Shown piece by piece: positions 38,237 through 47,547 of a stretch of 64,000 nt of DNA. The notes below the pieces were generated by a model that had not been told where the DNA came from, searched no databases, and saw nothing but the letters and a program-made list of their open reading frames with translations. The stretch spans positions 1 to 64,000 of IMG/VR virus record IMGVR_UViG_3300027798_003516. The stretch is one strand, 5' to 3'. Made by a program: the position numbers and the translations under genes. Every line of letters starts with the position of its first letter. Position 1 is the first letter of the stretch. The DNA comes from a virus.

Positions 38237-38745
38237 TATGCAAACAAGTCCTCATTCCATTCACGGTGTCCTTCACGGAACGCCATGTTACTTTGTGTTT
38301 CACGAACTTCTACACGATAGCACCAAAGTCGTTGTGCTTCACCGTGTCCTAGGTAATCAGGAATGTAAACACCATTGACATACTTGTAAAGCTGATCTGC
38401 TAGACCTTCGCAACCCAATTTGGGCAGGATTGTCAGTTTGGCCAACTTGCGCTGTTCCATCTCTTTGTAAAAGGCCAGTTCAGGATCGTCCTCTGCTACC
38501 AGTAGGGTGTGATCAAATTGACTTTCCAATACACCTTTGAGTTCTTTGAGGCCACCATAATCGGCCGCCCAGTTGCGAGCATCCAGATAGTCTGTACCAA
38601 AGTAAAACTTCATACTAAAACTGTATCCATGAATTAAATTGCAGTGACTATCGGCCCTCCACTGTCTGTACGCACATGGAAATGCGTCATGATACTCTTT
38701 GGTGCTGGTGTACTTGTATTGTACGGGTTGTAATAAATTTGCCAT
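38236..38745 (-). CDS. queD: 6-carboxy/6-pyruvoyl-tetrahydropterin synthase (QueD/PTPS)
   Basis: CNLIHGY, FDHT, E..A, VRET motifs; GGAG RBS before MANLL. Confidence 0.8.
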   Translation of the reverse strand: MANLLQPVQYKYTSTKEYHDAFPCAYRQWRADSHCNLIHGYSFSMKFYFGTDYLDARNWAADYGGLKELKGVLESQFDHTLLVAEDDPELAFYKEMEQRKLAKLTILPKLGCEGLADQLYKYVNGVYIPDYLGHGEAQRLWCYRVEVRETQSNMAFREGHREWNEDLFA

Positions 38746-38770
38746 TGTTATCTCCTTTAGATTTAGCAAT

Positions 38771-38815
38771 GACATGCAGAATATTTAAAGAGGGATGAAT
38801 GCCGAAAAGTCCTCT
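38771..38815 (-). promoter_or_regulatory. candidate preQ1-I-like pseudoknot leader
   Basis: AGAGG-17 nt loop-CCUCU, A/U tail, loop GGCAU can pair with downstream AUGUC; GATAAGTA box at 38821-38828. Confidence 0.45.
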
Positions 38816-38834
38816 AGCTATACTTATCAAAGCG

Positions 38835-39419
38835 TTATCGTGTTTTCAACTCTTTAATACCTAGTTTGGAAAAGGATCGTTGTACTCCAATGAGTTGACT
38901 CCAACAATCCCATAATGCATGGTGTGCCGCACCTTGTGGTCTCTCTAGTCCAGGCACCAATGCATATAGTGTACGAGCGTCACGGGCTTGCCAGTAACTC
39001 CAGGCCACTCCTCGCTTGAGTTCGCGACTAAAGTGTTCAAGTATGTTTAGGTCAAAGCCTGTACCGTTGGCCCATATTGCGTCGACACCACCACACCACT
39101 TGTGGAAGTCTCGTAGCACATCACGAATGTCATGCCTGTCATCTTCTGCAAATGCTTCCGCACGAACTTCTTCGTTTTGTTTGCCCCACCATTCCAGCGT
39201 GGCATCATCAACAATATGATCAAGCCCTTCAAAGCTTTCTAGGCTAACACGACGATAAAATGTGTCCATTTTTTCCATTGGGTTGTTGACATCATCTGCC
39301 CAAGGATTGAATCGTATTGCACCAATAGTAAGCATTAGGCTATTTGGTTTGGTGCCAAGTGTCTCAAGGTCAACCATAATATGGTTTCCAGGAGTGTTAT
39401 AGTTAAATGCTGTTACCAT
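38835..39419 (-). CDS. DEDDh 3'-5' exonuclease
   Basis: MVDLETL, WANG..FD, RDART, HHALWD. Confidence 0.85.
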   Translation of the reverse strand: MVTAFNYNTPGNHIMVDLETLGTKPNSLMLTIGAIRFNPWADDVNNPMEKMDTFYRRVSLESFEGLDHIVDDATLEWWGKQNEEVRAEAFAEDDRHDIRDVLRDFHKWCGGVDAIWANGTGFDLNILEHFSRELKRGVAWSYWQARDARTLYALVPGLERPQGAAHHALWDCWSQLIGVQRSFSKLGIKELKTR

Positions 39420-39585
39420 TGGTAACTTCCTTTTTCTTTAAAATCCAAGAACCGTCTTTGTTGTCGTGCCACTCAAGTGTGTCACCTTCTTTCCAACCAG
39501 CCTGCGCCAATAGATCCTCAGGGAACTGCAAAATACATTCACCTGTAGCAGGATCTTCTTCAACTGTGAGTGTCCAAGATGCCAT
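39403..39585 (-). CDS. AbrB/MazE-like small DNA-binding protein
   Basis: LQFPEDLL...GWKEGDTLEW. Confidence 0.65.
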   Translation of the reverse strand: MASWTLTVEEDPATGECILQFPEDLLAQAGWKEGDTLEWHDNKDGSWILKKKEVTNGNSI

Positions 39586-39827
39586 TATACTAAACTCAAT
39601 AGTTGTGCAGAGAGAGATTTAACATCTTTATCTGACAAGAAGAAGTTGTAAGTGCTGGTGTCTGCTACTGTGCCGTCAGCCCGCAATGATTCATTGATAA
39701 ACTCGATTGAGTTGATGTCCTTAGGCGACACTGGCTTCCAACTTCGAATACGCAAACGATAACCAGTGTTTTCTTTTGCAACAAATTCTTTGACATCGAG
39801 GTCAGGGTGTAGAGTGGTGGTAGTCAT
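39585..39827 (-). CDS. hypothetical protein
   Basis: ORF in operon. Confidence 0.55.
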   Translation of the reverse strand: MTTTTLHPDLDVKEFVAKENTGYRLRIRSWKPVSPKDINSIEFINESLRADGTVADTSTYNFFLSDKDVKSLSAQLLSLV

Positions 39828-40045
39828 TTTATTTTGTTTCCGTTAAAATCTTTAGTTGAAAGTTGATCTGGTGCTTTTTGTGCCAATCGCTCAAAGTCAG
39901 ATGCGTTTGGATAATGGCGCATGATCCAACGAGCCCGTTCCCTAATAGGCCCAGGTACCCTTGGTGTCACCTGCGGTATCAAAAGGTCTTCAATAAGACG
40001 CATGCCTTCGACCAGGGCACGGTATCTCTCATCAGGCATTGTCAT
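39824..40045 (-). CDS. BPSL0761-like small protein
   Basis: MTMPDERYRA...RERARWIMRHYP. Confidence 0.6.
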   Translation of the reverse strand: MTMPDERYRALVEGMRLIEDLLIPQVTPRVPGPIRERARWIMRHYPNASDFERLAQKAPDQLSTKDFNGNKIK

Positions 40046-40099
40046 AATTTTGTTCCATATTCAAATTTTAACATCTATTAGAAGTAAATGCAACCACCA

Positions 40100-40933
40100 T
40101 TATGTCCAAAGTGATTGCCGAATCTTAATAAGACGGATCATCATTGCTTCATCTTCTTTTTCGTATGCGGCTTCAATTTTTTGCAACAGCTTGTGAGCTT
40201 TGTCACTCTGCTTTTTCATTTCGGGTGTTTTGTCAGCACTGAAACTTAGTTTACCACCATTGGCTATTCTGCTGGCTTCACAATAATCTGTCCAACCGCT
40301 GGCATCGTATGCATCAGGCCGAGCACGATAGGTAACAGTCCACCATGTGTAAAGTTCTTTCATTTCCTTGGCGGCCAGCGCCTGGCCAGTTGGTACTGCT
40401 TCGCCCTTCTTACCTTCTTCTAACCATTCTTCATTGGTAAGGGTCATGGCCCAATCAAGGTGATCCAGTCCTGCTTGTGGACAGCGCCACACACGCCAGC
40501 GCCACCAACCACTAGCCCAGAATGGAGGATTGTATTTGGCACGGTCTTCTTTCTCACCCCAGGCAATGTGGCTCCATGCTGTTTCTATCTCAACAAAATC
40601 CACCAGTTCATTGAATAGGCAAGGTAAAAAGCGGTTGCCCACATCCTGCCACTGGCCTGGCTTGATGTCCTGGGCATGGGCAGTAAGACTATGAGTGCGA
40701 GTAACCCAGCGGTTGTTGATGTAGTACTTGACAGAATAAATTTGATCAGGAATAAAATAGACAGTTTTTTGTAAGTAATCTAATCCTTCTTCTGCTAACC
40801 AGTAGCGGAAGTTGTGTTTCATTTGAGCGCGAGTTGTCCACTCATCCCATTCTTCACTGGTACCAGCACCAAGCTTGGCAGTTCCTCGAATCCAATCGGC
40901 AAATTTGCTACATGTCCAATAGTGACTTCTCAT
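40100..40933 (-). CDS. Trp-rich phage hypothetical protein
   Basis: 277-aa ORF. Confidence 0.65.
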   Translation of the reverse strand: MRSHYWTCSKFADWIRGTAKLGAGTSEEWDEWTTRAQMKHNFRYWLAEEGLDYLQKTVYFIPDQIYSVKYYINNRWVTRTHSLTAHAQDIKPGQWQDVGNRFLPCLFNELVDFVEIETAWSHIAWGEKEDRAKYNPPFWASGWWRWRVWRCPQAGLDHLDWAMTLTNEEWLEEGKKGEAVPTGQALAAKEMKELYTWWTVTYRARPDAYDASGWTDYCEASRIANGGKLSFSADKTPEMKKQSDKAHKLLQKIEAAYEKEDEAMMIRLIKIRQSLWT

Positions 40934-41094
40934 TTGTTAACTCCAGTTAATGGTTTGAATGGGGTTGTGGGTCTGTTGATACAATACTCGCAGGTTGGAT
41001 CAGTACACTTGTCTTCCGTCCATTCATTGGTTTTTTCATTGTAATAAGCATCGTATTTTTCAGAATACACAAGGTCTTGACTATCGTTGTTCAT
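40930..41094 (-). CDS. 54-aa Cys-containing protein
   Basis: Manual translation ...YDAYY...KCTDPTCEYCINRP; ATGA overlaps at both ends. Confidence 0.6.
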   Translation of the reverse strand: MNNDSQDLVYSEKYDAYYNEKTNEWTEDKCTDPTCEYCINRPTTPFKPLTGVNK

Positions 41095-41609
41095 TCTTCT
41101 ACTTGGTTTACAATTACACCAGCCTGCTTTAGGAAATCTGTTCCTGTTGTATTTCTATAGTTATCACGATAAAACACTTGTTTGATACCACTTTGGAATA
41201 CTAATTTGGCACACTCAATACACGGAGCATGAGTAATAAAAATTACAGCACCTTCTGAACTTTCCGGACTGCGAGCCACTTTGGCAATGGCATTGGCTTC
41301 TGCGTGAAGTACTTCGGGTTTGGTTTTCAACCGATAACGACCTTGTATTTCATTACCATCGGTGTCCCTATACGATCCTTCATATGGCCAACCAGCTGTA
41401 ATCTCTTCTGGGTCGAGCCATCCACCACCAGTGCACCACTCGGCCTCTTCGCAGTTGTTGTCCCAGCCGCTGGGCATCCCATTGTAGCCAATTGAGATGA
41501 TGCGGTCTTCTTTGACAATGAGCGCACCCACTTGCAGTCTACGAGCCGTACTTAACTTGGCATAGATCTCTGCCACCCGCATGTGGGCCTTAATATACTT
41601 TGGTTTCAT
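41091..41609 (-). CDS. dCMP deaminase
   Basis: GYNG, HAEANAI, PCIEC; promoter TTGACA-17-TATACT at 41616-41644. Confidence 0.9.
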   Translation of the reverse strand: MKPKYIKAHMRVAEIYAKLSTARRLQVGALIVKEDRIISIGYNGMPSGWDNNCEEAEWCTGGGWLDPEEITAGWPYEGSYRDTDGNEIQGRYRLKTKPEVLHAEANAIAKVARSPESSEGAVIFITHAPCIECAKLVFQSGIKQVFYRDNYRNTTGTDFLKQAGVIVNQVEE

Positions 41610-41654
41610 ACGATAAGTATAACATAATGATTAACAAGTGTCAATAGGAAAATT

Positions 41655-42245
41655 ATGATAATTTATATTCACGGTGCCAGTGCCACCGGTGAAAGTTTTA
41701 CTCACATCAGAGAGCATGTTGGAGGTCCTGACCGAGTCCTGGAATATTCCAGTGCCAACGGATTTGCCAACAACCTGGAAATGATGATGGAAGCACTTGA
41801 GTCAGTGGACCGGTTATTTTTTGTGGCTCACAGTTTGGGTGGCATCTATGCCTTACACTTGGCAGAACATTATCGACATCGAGTGCAGGGAGGAGTAACT
41901 CTTAGTACACCATACGGCGGGTGCGTTCAAGCTGACTATGCCAAATACTTCTTACCATTCAGTAGACTCATGCGTGATGTTGGTACAATGAGCAAGCCAA
42001 TGATTGATGCGGCAAAAATACCAGCACCACGGAACTGGACCAATGTAGTTACTACAGTGGGTGACAGTCCCTGGATTCACGAACCAAACGATGGCGTGGT
42101 CACAATTGAAAGTATGCGTTCAAAAACAGACATGGAACTGATTGAAATTGACCTAAACCATTACGAAGTTGTTATTAGCAACCGTGTGGTTGACCTTATC
42201 AAAGAACGAACTAAACAATTATCGCCTTTTCCTTCGCGTATTTAA
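41655..42245 (+). CDS. alpha/beta hydrolase
   Basis: IHG, AHSLGG nucleophile elbow, NDGVV, NH. Confidence 0.8.
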   Translation: MIIYIHGASATGESFTHIREHVGGPDRVLEYSSANGFANNLEMMMEALESVDRLFFVAHSLGGIYALHLAEHYRHRVQGGVTLSTPYGGCVQADYAKYFLPFSRLMRDVGTMSKPMIDAAKIPAPRNWTNVVTTVGDSPWIHEPNDGVVTIESMRSKTDMELIEIDLNHYEVVISNRVVDLIKERTKQLSPFPSRI

Positions 42246-42540
42246 AAAGACTGGTTCCCCGCTCTCTAACCGAGTCAGCAACCACTTGCGGTGAATCCTC
42301 CCACATCTTTCTCATTTCTTCGTATTCATAATCTTCAACAGTATCATATGCCCATACTTCTGGAAAGCGTTGGTGGTTGGCCTGTGCTCGTATCACCATC
42401 AGGCTGACACGCTGGCCAACACGATCCTTTGGCTTTTTACCAGACAGCACAGTCAACATATCTTCTCCCCTGAGGTCATCCCAAGGTAATAGTGTGTCAA
42501 CGCCCAATGTATCAAATAAGACTACCCATTGTTTGGCCAT
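42211..42540 (-). CDS. hypothetical protein
   Basis: ORF. Confidence 0.55.
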   Translation of the reverse strand: MAKQWVVLFDTLGVDTLLPWDDLRGEDMLTVLSGKKPKDRVGQRVSLMVIRAQANHQRFPEVWAYDTVEDYEYEEMRKMWEDSPQVVADSVRERGTSLFKYAKEKAIIV

Positions 42541-42741
42541 TTAAAAATCTCCTGTGCGTTGATCTTTTAAAATACCAATTGCCCGCTCAAGGTTTTCCAG
42601 TGTTGGATCAGTCATACGCATCAAAGTATTTCCAGTATGCTCGTTGTAGATTGCAAGACCAAAACTGCCGTCGGCCTGTGTGATCAACAGCAATTGTTTA
42701 TCGTTATGCGCTAGTACTTTATATACAGTATAACTGGTCAT
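42541..42741 (-). CDS. hypothetical protein
   Basis: ORF. Confidence 0.5.
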   Translation of the reverse strand: MTSYTVYKVLAHNDKQLLLITQADGSFGLAIYNEHTGNTLMRMTDPTLENLERAIGILKDQRTGDF

Positions 42742-43031
42742 GCTACATTCTCCTCATCTGGTTTGACTATGATACCTTTGCAATTTGGGAAACGAATTCC
42801 AAACTGCTGATTCAATTCATCCATGTCCTTGCCTTGACAAATGAATTCTTCATTGACAGCATTGTAAGCAAAGAGCTTGTCACTGTGCGTTTCAATTTTC
42901 ATAAAAACAACTTTAGACAACAACTGCTGTACATCTTTATGCACTTCGTTGATCTCCCTTGACACTTTTCTACTCCATAGCCACACCACAAATAGCAGGG
43001 CAACACCAACTATCAAGTAGATATCTTCCAT
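42738..43031 (-). CDS. membrane-anchored hypothetical protein
   Basis: N-terminal TM helix. Confidence 0.55.
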   Translation of the reverse strand: MEDIYLIVGVALLFVVWLWSRKVSREINEVHKDVQQLLSKVVFMKIETHSDKLFAYNAVNEEFICQGKDMDELNQQFGIRFPNCKGIIVKPDEENVA

Positions 43032-43032
43032 A

Positions 43033-43350
43033 TCAATTTCCGTTCAATGGTACTATGCTGATGACATTCTCAACACGGAAACTACGCCACTCATGCTTGT
43101 CTGTGCAAAACACACTCATGACAGTGGGATTGAATTTTTTAACTTTGGGAAAGTCAACTGGATTATCTGTATTGGTAAAGTGTGGAGCAGGAATAGGATC
43201 GGGTATAAACTCGGCCTTGAGTGTGCAAGGCATAGTGCGTAAGGTACCATCAACCTTGGTGAAGGTAACTTCTGCAATACCTTTGCCCAAGGCCTCAGTC
43301 AGCATATCTCGGCGTTGCTGTAGATTTTCTTTGTCAAATTCAATCATCAT
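43033..43350 (-). CDS. WYL_2/Sm-like SH3 barrel protein
   Basis: VTFTKVDGTLRTMPCTL...EWRSFR. Confidence 0.75.
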   Translation of the reverse strand: MMIEFDKENLQQRRDMLTEALGKGIAEVTFTKVDGTLRTMPCTLKAEFIPDPIPAPHFTNTDNPVDFPKVKKFNPTVMSVFCTDKHEWRSFRVENVISIVPLNGN

Positions 43351-43898
43351 TGTTCCTTTAATTTAAAATAGTCAAAGTGGTCTTGTAATGTCCATGTAGT
43401 TGGATCAATTGCTTGTCCATCGTGCGTGGCAATTGCATCTGTAAAAATATTGTAGCGTTCAAAGAATATCCACAAGTTTGACGTTGAACTTACCCTGCCA
43501 CTTTTGTTAAGCGCCAAGTCTTGTTTTTTAGAAACAAAACAAGTGGGCATATTAATTACCTGTTCTGCTGTCAATATGCCTTGCAACAACAGGTCCCGAG
43601 TCTTGCTGGCTGGAATCACATGCTCAAAGATTTTGGCCTTTGAACTGGCACTTTCCTTGGTGGCATAATGGCTACCAATGCTACCACGAATTGCATAACC
43701 ATGGTACCTGCGTAACCAATGATCAATGGCATCGCGGATCAAACGCAGTCGTTGAGCACCAGTGGTTGTCCGATACAAATTGACAAGGCGGTTCAATTCA
43801 ACCACAGTAATCTCAATGGACTCTGTGTAACTGTCTGGGCCTCGCCGAACTTTTGTGTACGGCGTGGCCACATAGTTGGCAATGGTTTCTTTTAGCAT
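43347..43898 (-). CDS. hypothetical protein, possibly nuclease-like
   Basis: FEHVIP motif; own TTGACA-17-TATAAT promoter at 43905-43933. Confidence 0.55.
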   Translation of the reverse strand: MLKETIANYVATPYTKVRRGPDSYTESIEITVVELNRLVNLYRTTTGAQRLRLIRDAIDHWLRRYHGYAIRGSIGSHYATKESASSKAKIFEHVIPASKTRDLLLQGILTAEQVINMPTCFVSKKQDLALNKSGRVSSTSNLWIFFERYNIFTDAIATHDGQAIDPTTWTLQDHFDYFKLKEQ

Positions 43899-43929
43899 AA
43901 TCTAATTATACTACAAAATGGTCAAAGTG

Positions 43930-44682
43930 TCAAACAGGTTGTTGCGGAAATACTACAAATTCTCTAGGCCAGTTTCGATAGGTATGAAACTGTGGTGTGT
44001 GGTAAAGTTCACCATCTCCGGACCCTTTCATTTGCAAACTAAAAATCTTTTGATCCTTTGAACCTACACACCATATGTTGTAGTTGTGGCCAATTCTACT
44101 ACGACTCATGGTCCAACGACAGTTGGCAGTGATCCAAACCACATACTGATTCACATCTACAATTTCAATGTAGTTGGTTCTCTTGTTGCGCCATATAAGA
44201 TAGTCTACAGTATGCCGGTCATTCAACGATTGCAACAACAACTTTGGCAGGACCCCCGACACGGTAACTTCATTCAACCAAGACAAAACTTCATCCCATG
44301 CTGGAATATGATGACTACCAAACCGCTGTCTGCGTTGTTCGCTGTTGGCATGCAGATCAATTCCAATGGCCCATGTATTGAACTTGGTCAGATCCGATGT
44401 GCCAAACCAGCGTTCTAATTTTTCTATCACAGTTGCAGGCGCATTTAAAGTGCTACACATGGCTTTGTGCGTTGTGCCGTGGACCTGTGTATTTCCCCCA
44501 CTGGCATTTTTTATACTGAAGTAAGTTGGATTGTCAAGTGCATCATATCCTGTCAGGTCCACCTTTGTACCGGTACTTCCTCCCACTGCAAAAGTTTCTA
44601 CATTGAAAATGTTTTTTAGTAAAACTTGCAATTGTGCATCGCTTTCATAATTGCGACCTTCGTAATATTGTTGACTGGACAT
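43930..44682 (-). CDS. putative PD-(D/E)XK restriction-endonuclease-like protein
   Basis: GTKVDL...FSIKNAS...QVH and LQMKG pattern. Confidence 0.5.
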   Translation of the reverse strand: MSSQQYYEGRNYESDAQLQVLLKNIFNVETFAVGGSTGTKVDLTGYDALDNPTYFSIKNASGGNTQVHGTTHKAMCSTLNAPATVIEKLERWFGTSDLTKFNTWAIGIDLHANSEQRRQRFGSHHIPAWDEVLSWLNEVTVSGVLPKLLLQSLNDRHTVDYLIWRNKRTNYIEIVDVNQYVVWITANCRWTMSRSRIGHNYNIWCVGSKDQKIFSLQMKGSGDGELYHTPQFHTYRNWPREFVVFPQQPV

Positions 44683-44910
44683 GGTTTATATAACCATGCA
44701 CCAGTCTCATGTTATGCCATAATAATATTACGAATTTACAGTTTCAAATGGGCTGTATTGCTCGCCACCAAGTCGGGTGTCCAACACCCAATTGTTCAGG
44801 ATGCGTTGCAACGACTCAAACTTGTAATCAACTGCCTTGGGGCGAATTGCTTCAGCTTGTTTACGATCAAATTCCAAATTCAGTTCGCGGTTGGTTTTCA
44901 TTGTAGTTCC

Positions 44911-45102
44911 TTAAAGTGATTTAATGTGATTGATAACTTGATTTGCTTCTTTGTAGCCCGACTCTTCCAATTGAAGATTGTCCATTGCTTCGGCCATCAT
45001 CTTTTGTGCAATTAATTCAAAATCAATTTTAGTCAGCTTGGGTGAATAAGGTTGTGTCCACCTAACTGAATATATTGAATGAACTTTCTTTTTATCGTTC
45101 AT
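44911..45102 (-). CDS. hypothetical protein
   Basis: ORF. Confidence 0.5.
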   Translation of the reverse strand: MNDKKKVHSIYSVRWTQPYSPKLTKIDFELIAQKMMAEAMDNLQLEESGYKEANQVINHIKSL

Positions 45103-45545
45103 GCCGCTACCTTGAGTCCTTCACTGACCAAGCGAAGTTCGTTGTTGCGGCATGTGCTGTAATACCATACACCGTCTTGCATGACATAAAAGAACTCGCA
45201 ACCACTACCTTCAAAGTAATCGATGAATGATTTGTAGTCATCAAATACCTTCCAACCGCAATCTTTTTCTTCACGATCGCGGCCATAAAAGGTTGTCATA
45301 TCTCCGTAGAGCGATTCGTATTCCTCTTTGGACATGTTAGAATCATATTGACTAAAGTGGTGCTTGATGCCAATCTCTTTGCCCAATGAACTAATTTGTC
45401 CCAGTGCCACTAGATTGTTGGCCCGGCCGCTGTCATAGTGCTGTTGTAAAATAGCACCATTGTGTTCGAGGTAGCCGTCCCAATGACAGTATACTGCCTT
45501 GATCACACCACCGTGCATGACTGCAATTGCTGAACGAGTTGCCAT
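45099..45545 (-). CDS. phage hypothetical protein (YCHWDGY motif)
   Basis: MATRS...VYCHWDGY...YGRDR. Confidence 0.7.
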   Translation of the reverse strand: MATRSAIAVMHGGVIKAVYCHWDGYLEHNGAILQQHYDSGRANNLVALGQISSLGKEIGIKHHFSQYDSNMSKEEYESLYGDMTTFYGRDREEKDCGWKVFDDYKSFIDYFEGSGCEFFYVMQDGVWYYSTCRNNELRLVSEGLKVAA

Positions 45546-45547
45546 GA

Positions 45548-45772
45548 TTAATCCTTGGTAGAGATAGAAAGTTTAAAAAAGATATTGACCAGTACCAACA
45601 GTCCCCAGGCCTGTAGCCAGGTAATTTCATTGACACCTGTGATTGCAGAAACCAAACAACCATTCCACAACCACATGACTGGCAAGCTCATTATTAGGCC
45701 AAACAGCACACCAACAACAACTAAGCCGCCAAAGAATCCTGCTGTCTGTGCTTTACTATTCAGTGTGAACAT
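45548..45772 (-). CDS. small membrane protein
   Basis: Two TM helices; WLWN...ITWLQAWGL. Confidence 0.6.
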   Translation of the reverse strand: MFTLNSKAQTAGFFGGLVVVGVLFGLIMSLPVMWLWNGCLVSAITGVNEITWLQAWGLLVLVNIFFKLSISTKD

Positions 45773-46044
45773 TATGCATTCTCCAACATTGAAGCTGGTA
45801 CATTGTAACGACCTTGTGGTGTGTTTACCAGCACAAATTTAATTTTGATTTTGTCAACTGTGCCTGTGTAAGTCATACCATTGCGGTTGCTGGTAAACTT
45901 GACCTTAGAACCAATTGTGAGTTGGCGTTTGGTTTGGCGAACCAAATTGGCCCGAGCAAATCGAATTGCATCGCCAATGCTGGTCAGTTGATCATTTGTA
46001 AAAGAGCCAGACATGATGGCTGAGTTGATTTCTTGTATAGTCAT
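45772..46044 (-). CDS. SH3/KOW-like small protein
   Basis: Start MTIQEI after GGAG; GSKVKF...GTVDKI. Confidence 0.6.
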   Translation of the reverse strand: MTIQEINSAIMSGSFTNDQLTSIGDAIRFARANLVRQTKRQLTIGSKVKFTSNRNGMTYTGTVDKIKIKFVLVNTPQGRYNVPASMLENA

Positions 46045-46202
46045 ACCGTTACTCCTGTTGTATCTTCTGCCACATTTTGGTCTTCCAACCAATCGTATAC
46101 TATGCCCAAAGGACAGTCCAAAAGTCGAGCAATCTTTGTAGGGTGACACCCTTCAATGTACAATTGCTCAATGTCGTATGCCAGTTCTGCCATTTTGCTC
46201 AT
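46041..46202 (-). CDS. 53-aa HTH-like protein
   Basis: Manual translation MSKMAELAYDIEQLYIEG..PTKIARLLDCPLGIVYDW. Confidence 0.55.
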   Translation of the reverse strand: MSKMAELAYDIEQLYIEGCHPTKIARLLDCPLGIVYDWLEDQNVAEDTTGVTV

Positions 46203-46211
46203 TTGTGGTCC

Positions 46212-46439
46212 TTAGATATAAAAGGTGGTTTTAAAATTACAACGACTGTAAACAATTTCGCGAACTTCTGTGTCCATTGCTTCGCCAAATTTGTCTTCGT
46301 TGCTCAGTGCATCAAGGGCCGTGTAAGTCTCAGGCCAAGTCCAGCGTTTGGCGTGGGCTCGCTTGACAATGGTTGCCACTCGCTTGTTGCCTGCAACAGT
46401 AAACATACCAAAATCTTTGGAAAAATCTGTCTCAAACAT
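46212..46439 (-). CDS. hypothetical early protein
   Basis: AGGAG RBS; promoter TTGACA-17-TATAAT at 46470-46498. Confidence 0.6.
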   Translation of the reverse strand: MFETDFSKDFGMFTVAGNKRVATIVKRAHAKRWTWPETYTALDALSNEDKFGEAMDTEVREIVYSRCNFKTTFYI

Positions 46440-46520
46440 CGCCAACTCCTTTTTACTTACTATGCCACAATTATAACGCAGAACCAATACCCTGTCAACC
46501 ACTCGGGTTATTGGTGTTGT

Positions 46521-46784
46521 TTATCTGCAACCTTGGAAAACATACACACCGTGATGATTCATCTGGTACACAGGTGTTGAATACCCTGGGCAAACATGAC
46601 CTAGGTTACGAGTTGGGCCGCCGGTGTGTCCGTAGTGTGGCACAGGTTGTGCATACACCACTCGAGGTTGGGCCAACGAGTAACCAATCACGCCACCCAG
46701 CAGGGCCGAGCCCACTGGATTATAGGCACAGCCACTGGTGGCCAAGCTGGCTGTGACAACAAGGGCAAGGGCAAGTTTTTTCAT
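46521..46784 (-). CDS. lipoprotein with glycine zipper
   Basis: Lipobox TSGC; LGGVIGY segment similar to 1730-2026. Confidence 0.65.
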   Translation of the reverse strand: MKKLALALVVTASLATSGCAYNPVGSALLGGVIGYSLAQPRVVYAQPVPHYGHTGGPTRNLGHVCPGYSTPVYQMNHHGVYVFQGCR

Positions 46785-46798
46785 GTCAATCTCCTGGA

Positions 46799-47038
46799 TT
46801 AGGCAGAAACTCGAGCATCCATCATTTCGCCAAGGATGAATTTTGCAATGTTCATCTGCTTGCGAACATATTCAACCGAACGAGGACCTGTGCCCATTGA
46901 CATCATTTCTTGGCAATCGCTCAGGATGCCCATGGCCACCATTTCAAGTCCAGAGAACTTGGCAGTGATGCCATTCATGTATTGTTCACGGATGGCTTGC
47001 TCGGACATACCGTAGCAGTTCTTTTCAAATTCTGTCAT
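46799..47038 (-). CDS. hypothetical early protein
   Basis: AGGAG RBS and promoter. Confidence 0.6.
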   Translation of the reverse strand: MTEFEKNCYGMSEQAIREQYMNGITAKFSGLEMVAMGILSDCQEMMSMGTGPRSVEYVRKQMNIAKFILGEMMDARVSA

Positions 47039-47068
47039 CTTTAACTCCTTTTCGTTTACTGTACATAC

Positions 47069-47169
47069 AGTATAAGCGATCTAGGCCCAAAGGTCAACCG
47101 TTATTTTGAGCCGCTAAGTTGTTGATTTCTAAGGAGATTTTGGGCTATTTCTGTTGTATTTTTGCAACA
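47069..47169 (-). promoter_or_regulatory. early promoter with IHF site and palindrome
   Basis: TTGACC-17-TATACT (47069-47097); AATCAA-CAAC-TTA fits IHF consensus (47115-47127); TGTTGTA-TTTT-TGCAACA (47152-47169). Confidence 0.7.
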
Positions 47170-47173
47170 CCGT

Positions 47174-47449
47174 TTAATTTTGAGCTTTTTTTAGGGGTTT
47201 TATATCTTTGATTTTTAGCACAGGTTTAGCTTTTGCAGACTTTTCAAATTCTTTGGCCAAGTAGTAGGCAATTACTTTGTTGGCAATTGAATGTACTATT
47301 GATGTGCTGTCATCATCCAAGGCCCATTGGTAAGGGCTATGTTGCCAGGACTTGGTCTTTTGAAATGTATGGAAAATATTGCGGTGCTCTGTTTTAGTTG
47401 CATCAAAAATTAAAAAAGGCCTAGCATGCAATACAAATGATCGTAACAT
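47174..47449 (-). CDS. hypothetical protein
   Basis: AGGAG RBS; promoter TTGACA-17-TATACT at 47480-47508. Confidence 0.6.
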   Translation of the reverse strand: MLRSFVLHARPFLIFDATKTEHRNIFHTFQKTKSWQHSPYQWALDDDSTSIVHSIANKVIAYYLAKEFEKSAKAKPVLKIKDIKPLKKAQN

Positions 47450-47547
47450 TAAATGTCTCCTGATAGTGTTAGTTCTACTAGTATACCACAAATTTATCTA
47501 AATGTCAATTGGGCAAGATGTCCAAAAAAAATGTGATAACTAAGGAT

